Source: Octopus sinensis (lineage: Eukaryota). From it: a stretch of DNA of 64,000 nucleotides. Of this stretch, positions 12,788 to 23,059 are shown one piece after another. How positions within the stretch are numbered: position 1 is the stretch's first letter; the number at the start of each line of letters is the position of its first letter. A program made the translations under genes and the position numbers. The notes beneath the pieces are model-generated. The model saw only the letters and a program-made list of their open reading frames with translations, did not search any database and had not been told where the DNA came from. Location of the stretch: NCBI RefSeq assembly GCF_006345805.1, contig NC_043008.1, positions 72,912,001 through 72,976,000 on the forward strand, read 5' to 3'.

Positions 12788-15684
12788 ATCACAGGCAAGG
12801 AACACAGGTACAAGATTTTCTGGGCAGGGAACACTGACGGAGTCGGGGGCGTGGGTATACTTCTTGCGGAGAAATGGGTAGGTAAGGTAATCGAGGTAGT
12901 CAGAGTAAGTGACAGAGTAATTAAAATTAGATTAGTTCTTCACCATAGGACAGCTACCATCATCTCGGCATATGCCCCTCAACCAGGGCTACCGGAAGGA
13001 CAAAAAGACCAATTCTATGACACCCTATTGCGGACTACCTCATTGACAAATGACAGTGACCTTCTCTTCGTGGCAGGTGATTTCAATGGACATGTTGGAC
13101 GACATGTCGGGGGCTTCCATGGCGTCCATGGAGGCTACGGTTTTGGCTCTCGAAATGAGGAAGGAACCAGGCTGCTGGAGTTCTGCGATGCAAATGACCT
13201 TATGGTCTGCAATACCCACTTCAGGAAACCCACCTCTCACCTAGTCACCTACCGTTCTGGCAGACACACCAGCCAGATTGACTACATCCTTGCCAGAAAA
13301 AGGGAAAGAGGGCTGATTATAAATGCCAAAACCTTCCCAGGCGAAGAATGTACTCCCCAACATAGATTAGTAGTTAGCGACTTCAGGATCAGAGCTAAAT
13401 GGTTGCCCAGAAGAAGACCAGCTTGGAGGAGAAGGGTCTGGAAGCTTAAAGATCCTGCAAATGGACAGAGATTTAGAGACATACTACTCGAAGCCTCTGA
13501 CGAAATAGAAGGGGATATAGCTTCACTTAATGTGGAAGACAACTGGAGATTCCTACGGGACAATCTGCTGACAGCCACTGACCAGATCTGTGGATGGAGC
13601 AAAGTACCATCTCGACCCAGAGTAACATGGTGGTGGAACACTGTGGTTGACAGGGCTATTAGACAAAAGAGACAGGCTTGGAAGGACTGGAAGAACGGTG
13701 GTAGCAGGGAATTGTATCAGACAGCCAAAAGGGAAGCTAGGAGACAGGTTTATTTAGCCAGAGGGGAAGCGGATAAGAAAAAATTTGCCAATGTTCTGAG
13801 CCGTGAGGATGAAAGACTTGAGGTATTTCGTGTTGCAAGACAGTGTGTGAGAGAGAATCGTGATGTGGTAGGAGAGAAGTGTGTTCGCATGGATGATGGT
13901 TCACTTGCGCTAAATGAGGATGCAAAGAGAGAGGTTTGGAGATGCCACTATGAAAGGTTGCTGAATAAAGAAAATGAATGGGATAAAGAGAGTCTGCCGA
14001 ATGTTGACCCAACAGAGGGACCAGCTATCCGAGTTGATAGTTCCGTGGTAGCTAAGGCAATTAGAAGCATGAAGACAGGGAAAGCCCCAGGCCCATCAGG
14101 AATTACTGCAGAGATGCTCAAAATATCTGGCAGTGTCGGCTATAACCTAGTCACCCGTATAGTCAACCAGGTGATACACGAAGGAGTCATACCCAATGAC
14201 TGGTGTAGCAGCATACTAGTCAACTGCTACAAAGGTAAAGGTGATGCCCTGGATACAAATAATTACAGAGGTATCAAGCTGTTGGATCAGGTAATGAAGG
14301 TTACGGAGAGGGTCATAGCCCAACTAATTAGAGAGAGAGTTAGTTTATTGAGATGCAGTTTGGGTTTGTCCCAGGGAAAAGCACCACTGATGCTATATTC
14401 CTGGTAAGGCAGCTGCAGGAGAAATACCTAGCCAAAGATAAGCCCCTGTACCTGGCTTTCGTTGACATGGAGAAAGCCTTTGATAGGGTCCCCCGATCCC
14501 TCATCTGGTGGTCAATGAGGAAACTAGGGATAGATGAATGGCTGGTGAGGGCTGTGCAAGCCATGTACAGAGATGCCGTAAGTAAGGTTAGAGTTGGCAG
14601 CATGTACACAGAAGAATTCAAGGTAGAGGTTGGGGTCCACCAGGGTTCAGTACTCAGCCCCCTCCTATTTATCATAGTCCTCCAGGCAATTGTGGAGGAA
14701 TTCAAGACAGGTTGCCCCTGGGAGCTCCTCTATGCTGACGACCTCGCTCTAATCGCTGAGTCACTATCAGAACTGGAGGAGAAGTTCCAGGTGTGGAAGG
14801 AGGGTTTAGAATCGAGGGGCCTTAGAGTCAACCTAGCTAAAACCAAAGTACTAATAAGTAGAAAGTTAGAAAATCCACAAATATCCTCAGGAAGATGGCC
14901 CTGCTCGATCTGTAGAAAAGGTGTAGGTAGAAACTCTATAAGATGTACCCAGTGTAAGCTATGGACACATAAGAGGTGCAGCAATGTCAAAGGTAGGCTA
15001 ACTGGGAAGATAGTTTTTGTATGTGGCAGATGCTCTGGAGCATTGACCTCCGAAAATCTGCAGAAAACAACTTCCGTCACTTTCCGGGGGGAAAAACTAG
15101 AAGTAGTTGATAGCTTCCGCTATCTAGGTGACCAAGTCAGTAGTGGGGGCGGGTGCGCTGAAAGTGTAACTGCTAGAATAAGAATAGCCTGGGCAAAGTT
15201 TAGGGAGCTCTTACCTCTGCTGGTGACTAAAGGCCTCTCGCTCAGAGTAAAAGGCAGACTGTATGATGCATGTGTACGAACAGCTATGCTACATGGCAGT
15301 GAAACATGGGCCGTGACTGCTGAGGACATGCGTAAGCTTGTGAGGAACGAAGCCAGTATGCTCCGATGGATGTGTAATGTCAGTGTACTTACTCGACAGA
15401 GCGTTAGTACCTTGAGAGAAATGTTGTACCTAAGAAGCATCAGTTGTTGTGTGCAAGAGAGACGATTGCGCTGGTATGGTCATGTGGCGAGAATGGATGA
15501 AGATAGGTGTGTGAGAAAGTGCCAATCCCTAGCAGTTGAGGGAACCCGTGGAAGAGGTAGACCCAGGAAAACCTGGGACGAAGTGGTGAAGCACGACCTT
15601 CGGACGTTAGGTCTCACCATGGAAATGACTAGAGACCGAGACCTATGGAAGTATGCTGTGCGTGAGAAGACCCGGCAAGACTAG
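12788..15684 (+). pseudogene. RTE ORF2 (APE endonuclease + reverse transcriptase + PHD finger); 5'-truncated with one frameshift near 14345
   Basis: ORFs 12662..14407 and 14353..15684 join into a continuous RTE polyprotein (...IRERVSL/EMQFGFVPGKSTTDAIF...). No internal stops appear in either segment. Confidence 0.93.
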
Positions 15685-16306
15685 TGAAGCCATAATCCGT
15701 GGCCCCTACCTGGGACGTAGTCAGTCCACCTGTGCATACCTTCCTTCTTGTGACACTTGTGAAGACCTGTTGAGGCAAGTGAGAATCGAATCGAATCAAA
15801 TCAAATCAAATCGAACCAAATCAAAATAGATGAACATCAATGGAATTGTATCCTTGTGGTACCAGTGCCGGTGGCACATAAGAAAACCATCCGAACGTGA
15901 TCCTAGCCAGTACCGCAACGACTGGCCTCCGTGCTGAGGGCACATAACAAACACCATCCGAGCGTGGCCGTCCGCCAGCCCCGTCTGGCACCTGTGTCGG
16001 TGACACATAAGAAAACACCATCCGAGCGTGGCCGTCAGCCAGCCTCGTCTGGCACCTGTGTCGGTGGCACATAAAAAACACCATCCGAGCATGGCCGTCT
16101 GCCAACCTCGTCTGGCACCTGTGTCGGTGGCACATAAAATCACCCACTACACTCTCGGAGTGGTTGGCGTTAGGAAGGGCATCCAGCTGTAGAAACACTG
16201 CCAGATCTGACTGGCCTGGTGCAGCCTTCGGGCTTGCCAGACCCCAGTTGAATCGTCCAACCCATGCTAGCATGGAAAGCGGACGTTAAACGATGATGAT
16301 GATGAT
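12789..16306 (+). mobile_element. RTE-clade LINE, 5'-truncated, young copy
   Basis: APE domain motifs (GDFNGHVG, IDYIL, HRLVV), RT with YADD at 14731, a 620-bp 3' UTR and a (GAT)5 tail. A 14-bp TSD ATATATATCATATA flanks it at 12775-12788 and 16307-16320. Confidence 0.96.
15865..16150 (+). repeat. Five 63-66 bp tandem units in the RTE 3' UTR
   Basis: The core GTG(C/T)CGGTG(G/A)CACATAA..AACACC recurs at ~15865, 15931, 15994, 16058 and 16121. Confidence 0.9.
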
Positions 16307-16326
16307 ATATATATCATATACATATA

Positions 16327-17623
16327 CGAGGGGCGTTCAATAAGTAATGCCCCTGACCCACTTCCTATAGCAGTAGAGCAACGAAACTTGGCACAGTTAT
16401 TAGTCTTTTTCTACATAGGAACCACCCAGAGTTACGCATTTCTCCCATCGTTTGATGCAGCTCTGGAGACCGTTTTTGTAGAAGACCCCAGCTTGGTCCT
16501 CCAGCCACGACGGGACTTCAGAAATCAAGGCTGCATCATCTGGGAAATGCTTTCCTTTCAAAAACAACTTCATGGCTAGGAAGAGGTGAAAATCAGAGGT
16601 TGCAAGGTCAGGAGAGTAGGGGGGATGGGGGAGGAGTTCATAGCCGCATGCCTGTGCTTCTGATCTGGCGATACGCGAGTTGTGGACCAGAGTGTTGTCC
16701 TGCAGGAGGGGGATGCCTTTGCTGATCTTGCCCCGCCTCTTGATTTTGATAGCTCCTCTTAATTTCCTCAAAAGTGAAGCATAATAGGCTCCTGTAATTG
16801 CGGTACCCTTTGCCAGGAAATCTGTCATCACTACTCCGTCCTGGTCCCAGAAGACTGTGAGCATGACCTTGCCAGCGGAGGGCTGCACCCTTGCCTTCTT
16901 TGGAGGAGGGGAGTCGCAGTGCTTCCACTACATTGACTGGGCTTTGGTCTCTGGATCATAGTGATGGACCCAGGTTTCATCCTGTGTAATCAGTCTTTTG
17001 AAAAATTTTGACTCATCTTCTTGGCACATCTCCAAATTCATACTTGAACACTCGACGCATTCTTGCTTCTGGAAAGGTGTGAGCAACCTGGGAATCCATC
17101 TGGCAGACACCTTTTGCATATGCAAATGGTCATGAATGATAGTTTCCACAGACCCAGTACTAATCTTGACCTCATGGGCTATTTGATGAATAGTTATGCA
17201 TCGATCTTCCAAAATGGCAGCCTCAACTTGATGGACAGATACCTCATCAATGGCAGAAGGGGGGGGGGCGACCAGATCTGGGAGCTGTTTCCACAGAGTT
17301 CCGACCATGTTTGAATTCACGATGCCAGCGTTTTACAAGGTCATATGATGGGGCATCATCACCATAAGTTACTTTCATTTCATCAAAAGTCTCCCGTGGT
17401 GTGCGTCCTTTCAAATACAAAAACCAGATCACTGCTCGACACTCAACAGGCTCCATTTCACACTTGACTCAGTTCAAACACATGTAAATCAGAAACCACA
17501 ATTAGTTCAGAGCTGTAATTTGCCACTTAATCTATAGAGCTAAAAATAGTTGCACATGCAAAATTTCAACTAGATCAAACAACTGCAAGTGGGTCAGGGG
17601 CATTACTTATTGAACGTCCCTCG
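16327..17623 (-). mobile_element. Full-length mariner (DD34D) transposon, 1297 bp
   Basis: 37-bp TIRs with one mismatch (CGAGGGGCGTTCAATAAGTAATGCCCCTGACCCACTT) and TA TSDs at 16325-26 and 17624-25. Confidence 0.97.
16400..17456 (-). pseudogene. Mariner transposase with one frameshift (G/C run ~17260) and one premature stop (16928-30)
   Basis: MEPVECRAVIWFL...WIPRLL...ITQDETW...LQDN...HPPYSPDLATSDF; 34 residues separate the second and third catalytic D. Confidence 0.95.
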
Positions 17624-17688
17624 TATATACATATAGACAAATATATGTATATATCATATTGATGCATATATATATATAATATATATAT

Positions 17689-18217
17689 GAGGGAACCTGT
17701 GATAGAAGTAGACCTAAGAAGACATGGAATGAGGTGGTGAAGCATCTTTGAACTTTGAGTCTCAAGGAAGCAATGACTAATGACTGAGACATTTGGCGAT
17801 GTGCTGTGCTTGAGAGGACCCATCAAGGAAAGTGTACCTGTGATGGTGGCATGTAAAGGGTACCTTTTGCACGTTGGGCCTCACAGAGGCAAAGTGGCTG
17901 AGTTTCTTTTGAGTGTTGAGCCTCACAGAGGCAATGACCAAGACCTTTGGCATTATGTTGTGCTTGAGAAAACCTGTCAAGCTGAGTACAAGTGCAGTCA
18001 CGGCAAATACTGGTGGTACACAAATTTGCACCCATGCTGGTGGCACGTAAAAGCACCCATTACACTCTCAGAGTAGTTGGCATTAGGAAGGGCATCCAGC
18101 TGTAGAAAACCATGCCAAATCAGACTGGAGTCTGGTGCAGCCTTCCAGCATGCCAGCCTGATCAAACCATCTAACTTATCCTAGCATGGATAAAGAACAT
18201 TAAATGATGATGCTGAT
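17689..18217 (+). mobile_element. RTE 3' fragment (RT C-terminus, 3' UTR, (GAT)n tail) with internal partial duplications
   Basis: EGTCDRSRPKKTWNEVVKH matches the C-terminus of the 12789-16306 element, and the tail matches. Confidence 0.85.
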
Positions 18218-18250
18218 ATATATCTATATAATATACATGCATATACATAT

Positions 18251-19720
18251 GGGAGCAGAGCAGCTGCCAAAAACTACAAGCCAAACACTCTAAATTCTCA
18301 TATCAGTAAAGTCATGAAGCGAATCATTAGAAAGAAGTAGAAAATGTTCCTAAAAGAAAATGACCTACTGCACAATACACAGCATGGCTTTCATCCAGGA
18401 AGAAGCTGCTTCACACAACTCCTACAGCACTATGACTAAGTTTTGAAACAGCTGCTTGACCGTTCATATGTCAGCATGATATACTTTGACTTTACAAAGG
18501 AATTTGAAAAGATAGATCATGGCATATGTCATAAGCAATGAGACCTTGAAATTGCTAGTAAACTGGGAAAGTGGCTGCATGACTTCCCTAAAGACAAGAG
18601 TCAGACAGTTGTAGCAAATGGTGTCCTTTCTGAAGAAGTTAAAATCCTAAGTGGCGTTTCCTAGAGAACTGTTCTGGGGCCATTTCTGTTCATAATAGCT
18701 CTCTTTGACATGCCCATGGTCACTTGGACAGCCACTGTCACTAGCTATGCCAATGATACAAAATTATCACAGGCAATAAGAAATCAAGATGACATCGCAA
18801 GTTTACAGTGGGACCTGAATTCAACATACAAGAGGGCCAAAATAAATAAATGCAGTTTAATGCTGGAAAATGTTCGAGCACTGAACTACCAACTCACAAA
18901 TGTACTACAGCCTGCATACACAGGACCCAAAGGCACTGCAATTCCAGAGTCACAGGCAGTGAAAGGTTTGGGGATCAGTATGTGCAATGACACACATCAT
19001 TTGATATGCACATTACCAAGATGGCAGTAAAGTGCAGACAACTGGCAGGATGGATACTGAGGTCCTCCAAGACAAGAGACCAAGAAACTATGTTGACCAT
19101 ATGGAAAACCTTTATTTTCAGCCACCTGGACTACTGCTCCCAGTTATGGGCACCACATAGTGCCAAACTAACAGCAGAGTTTGAAGCAGTCCAATGCCAC
19201 TACACTAAAAACATAGAAGTTATGCAGTGGATGAACTACAGGGATAGGCTGAGAAAACTGCAACTTTACTTCCTGGACTGAGGGCACAACAGGTATGTAA
19301 TAATCTACATATGGTAAACTCTAGAAGGACTAGTATCTAATTTCAGCATTGAGTGTTATACAAATGCCAGAACTGGCAGCCATCCATTCCATCTAAATCC
19401 AGGACAAGAGGTACTGCAATAGCCTAGGGTTCAAAGGCCCAAGGCTCTTCAATGCCCTGCCACAAAAATTAAGAAATCTACATAAGGTGGAAATAGATAT
19501 CTTCAGAAAAGGAACTAGACATGCTCCTATCCATGGATGAACTAAAAGCCCCACATGAGGTACTGGTGAGGGTAACAGAATCAAACTCCCTTATACACCA
19601 AATCGGCCAACAGCTGGGATAAAGGTGGTGATGTGAAACACCCAAGACTGAGGAATCAGAAAGACTACGGTGGTGCACCAGCATGACCGCAGCCACATGG
19701 CCGAAATAAGTAAAAGAATA
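18251..19720 (+). mobile_element. CR1-like LINE 3' fragment (decayed RT to 3' end)
   Basis: Pieces across frames read QHGFHPGRSC, YFDFTKEFEKIDHG, VLGPFLF, SYANDTK, HLDYCSQLWAP, FKGPRLFNALP and ESNSLIHQ. There are many stops and frameshifts. The element ends in GGTGCACCAGCATGACCGCAGCC...AAGTAAAAGAATA. Confidence 0.88.
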
Positions 19721-20032
19721 TATATACATATATATACACGCATGTGTATGTGTGTGTATGTCAATATACTATATATGTATGCATACATTATATATGTGTG
19801 TGTATGAGTGTGTGCACACACATCTATGTACAAATTTTTGTGTAAATGCACACAGGAGTGTGGGAAGAAGCTTGCTTCTGGTTTATTCTTCATTGGTTGA
19901 ACTACTGTCTTTGTGTGAAACGTGTGTGTTTAGCTGTCTTTCAGTGGTTGTGTGCAATGTCTTCCCTCTTGTTTAATGGGAGAGCATCGTGTTATGAAGT
20001 ACTAAGATTTAAGTTCTTCTTCACCAGACTTT

Positions 20033-21380
20033 ATGTCATCTGAAGAAGAATTAGCGAAAAGTCTGAAAAGAATTGACGAAGCTATAGAAATAAAAAGTTA
20101 TGCAGAAGTGGTAAAGGAAATAACCAAAGACGTAAATCTGAAGGAGTTGAGCAGGTTCAAGGAAATGATTAAAAGTAGGAGAACGATGTGAAGGTGTTCC
20201 TCCCACCCAAAGAAGTTTTAAAAGTAAAAAACAAAAAAAACGATAATTTACAGGATATATGTGGTAGCAAAGAGAAAAAATTGAAGTAGTGTCAGCAGCC
20301 CAAGTTGAAAGGTGCTGAGGCCAGTCTGTTAAAGGATTTCTTGTCTTGCCCAGAGAAGAAAGTATGGAACAGTGGAGGTTCAGTTTTGGGAGGTAGCTAC
20401 ATTTAAAAGCAACACCGTTAAAAGCAGACAAAGTGGTGCTTCTACCCATATACCTTGGGAGGTGTGCTTCTAGGGTTATGATAGAAGACATATCCCTGGA
20501 AGTGGATGTAGCCTGGCTGGTAGCTGCCATACTGCTATGCATGGAGGAGAGAGTAGTGGTCCTGGAGGTCACCAGAACACCCCACAAGAACTGGCAAGGG
20601 TAGAGCCTAGGCATGATAGTACAGGTGGCCCCAGAAGACATTGAAAATATAGTGGAGACCATCATGGTCAAAGAAGTGACACTGAGAGTTAGAGTGGAAG
20701 GGAGTATTCCGTGGTGCTATAAATGTGGCCTTTCAGGCCACATTAGAGAGGATTGTCCTCTACCATCTGTGAAGGCTAAAGAGAAACACAAGAGTGAAAA
20801 AGTAATTGGTCTTCCACCACCTGTGGAGGCTGAAGAGAAGCATAAGAAGGAGATTGAAACTGCACCACAGACAAAAACCTGTATCAGTGTTGAAGAAGAG
20901 GAGGTGAATAATGGATGGGGAAAAGTGGGAACAAAAAGAAGAGGAGAAAAAAGGTACATGTTGTAATTGACGACCCCTATCCTACACCCACCCACTCTAC
21001 TCCAACCACTCCCTACAGATACCAACCCTCTCCATACCCCACCTGACATAAACACAAACATAAGCACACAGGAGCCCCAAATTTCCCCAACCTGACCCTT
21101 GGATAAATTTGTAATACTGTACAATAGACAAAAGGAAGAACTTTGTAATGAGATAGGGATATGGGACAGAGCAATAAAAGTGGATGTAACAGGAGTGAAT
21201 GGGGGGTGTTGCCCCGAGGATATTTACTGCGTGGTGGTGGACCCAGAGTATCTTTTGAGATTAAGGAATTATTGGTGGGTTAAGAAAATGGACATAAGCA
21301 GAATGCCAAAAAAAACGGTGAGCTATTCTTATATTTTAAAGGAATTTAATATAGATATTTTCAAAAAAAATGGAAATTAG
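20033..21380 (+). pseudogene. Gag/ORF1-like remnant with a CX2CX4HX4C zinc knuckle (L1/Tx1-like); no ORF2 follows
   Basis: ATG at 20033 (MSSEEELAKSLKRIDEAIEIKSYAEVV), then LPIYLGRCASRVMI and CYKCGLSGHIREDC at 20715-20756, a Lys/Glu-rich linker and a further open segment at 21099-21380. Several stops and frameshifts interrupt it. Confidence 0.72.
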
Positions 21381-21489
21381 CTGTTGCAAATGATGTTATT
21401 AATGTTATTATAAACTAGTAGTTTAAAAAAAACAGTTGTATTAACAGGTTCAGTGAAGTTGCTCAGAGGTGGGGCTAAATAGAATCAGT

Positions 21490-21592
21490 AATAAGCTTAC
21501 AAAGAATAAGGCCTGGAGTCGATTTGTTCAACTAAAAGTGGGACTCCAGCATAGCCACAGTCAAATGACTAAAACAAGTAAAAGAATAAGAG
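21490..21592 (+). mobile_element. SINE 3' tail fragment
   Basis: Matches the 3' part of the full SINE copies. Confidence 0.8.
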
Positions 21593-21721
21593 AATACTAG
21601 CAATGCCCCCTGGCGTTGCCCAGGTGTTATGATCTACAGCCACATTGTATTATTTGTTGCTTTCTTAAGGGCAGAATCAGCACACTAGGAGTATGAAGCA
21701 AACAACTCTTCCTTATAAACA

Positions 21722-21870
21722 TGTTTTTCAGTTTCCATCTACTAAATACAGTTACAAGTCTGTGGTTGGCCTAGGGCTATAGTATAGAAACACATGCCCA
21801 AGGTACCATGCAGAGGGACTGAACGTGGAACCATGTGGTTGAGAAGCACACTTCTTGACCACACAGTAAT
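21722..21870 (-). mobile_element. SINE head/core fragment
   Basis: Reverse complement of the tRNA-like head and CCTTGGGCA core. Confidence 0.75.
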
Positions 21871-21965
21871 TCTTGCACTTAATATGTGTGGGTGTCCCTT
21901 TATCCCTTTATAGGTTTCAGTTATTTGACTATGGCCATGCTGGAGCACCGCCTTTGAAACTGGAC

Positions 21966-22029
21966 CTCCCCAGCAGGGAATCAAACTCTGGTCTCCCACG
22001 TGTCAGGCAGGGATACTTACCACTATACT
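21966..22029 (-). pseudogene. tRNA-Asp-derived sequence fused to a SINE/LINE tail (21914-21953)
   Basis: The minus strand reads AGTATAGTGGTAAGTATCCCTGCCTGACACGTGGGAGACCAGAGTTTGATTCCCTGCTGGGGAG, colinear with the eukaryotic tRNA-Asp(GTC) consensus. The 5' acceptor strand is missing and the anticodon reads GAC, so it is non-functional. Confidence 0.85.
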
Positions 22030-22445
22030 TTGTTGTTAAATCCAGTACTGTATCCCACTATGTTTCAAAGTTAGCAGTTCATCTAGCAGAGATCAATAAA
22101 ATAAATGCCAGATTGAAACTTGTACTAAGGTCAGTATGATCAATTAAAGGTGATACCCCATCTTGGCGACAGTCGAAAGACTAAACCTAGTAAAATAAAG
22201 TTTAAAGATTTAATGGCTTGATATTTAAGGTAATGGATTACTAGCCACAAGATAATGAGTTCAAAACTTCGTATTGAACTTCCTCTCTATAAAATAACAG
22301 TACATGTAAATCTCCGTCTAATTGACTTCAAACAATTAACATTTGTAATTTGAATTTGAATTGTTAGCAGTAAGAAAGGTCTCCAGATTTCTTAATAAAT
22401 TATTGTGCAAAATATTCTGAGAAAAAGTATTTTTTTCACCACAAT

Positions 22446-22483
<38 letters not shown>

Positions 22484-22948
22484 GAGATGTGTCTGTGGTA
22501 ACTTGAGCTACTGTAAATAGCAGCCAAATCTCTCTTAAAACACACCCATTCATCAAAAGAAAGATACATTTACAGCATTTCAGGAAGTAAAAAACAAACT
22601 ATGCAAGGAGTCTGCTACATCAGAGGCAACTCTGGGCTAAACAAAACACAGACAAACATACTTCACATTAAAAGATTACCTACTAAGTAATACTTATAAA
22701 ATTGACAGCATATCTTCGAAGTTTCATTCCCTGGTAAAACTCCATGTATTTTAAGATCGTTTAGGCAGATTTGAATCTCTTAGTAAAGGATCTCAAAATT
22801 GTGTGACCCAAAGCTATTGTTGTAGTAAAAAAGAGTTGTTGCACAAAAAAACATACATTATTTGATAGCTGGACAATTACTGAATCATTTGATATTTCAT
22901 ATGTCAAAATTAGCAACTCAGTTTTCAAATCCATAAGGAACATATGCA

Positions 22949-22989
<41 letters not shown>

Positions 22990-23059
22990 TCAAACTCTGT
23001 TTTATTATATAAGATATCCAAATTGTAACGGTAATAGAATTTTGAACAGAAAATCTAAG

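Noticed and set aside
15865-16150. 63-66 bp repeats as a CRISPR array
   Set aside because: Eukaryotic LINE UTR context, no unique spacers and no cas genes.
13040-16273. Antisense and alternative-frame ORFs within the RTE (and at 17063-17314 and 20051-21124)
   Set aside because: Shadow ORFs of TE coding sequence with no recognisable motifs.
21966-22029. Functional tRNA gene
   Set aside because: The acceptor stem 5' strand is missing, the T-loop is mutated (GTTTGA) and the anticodon is altered; it is treated as a retrocopy.
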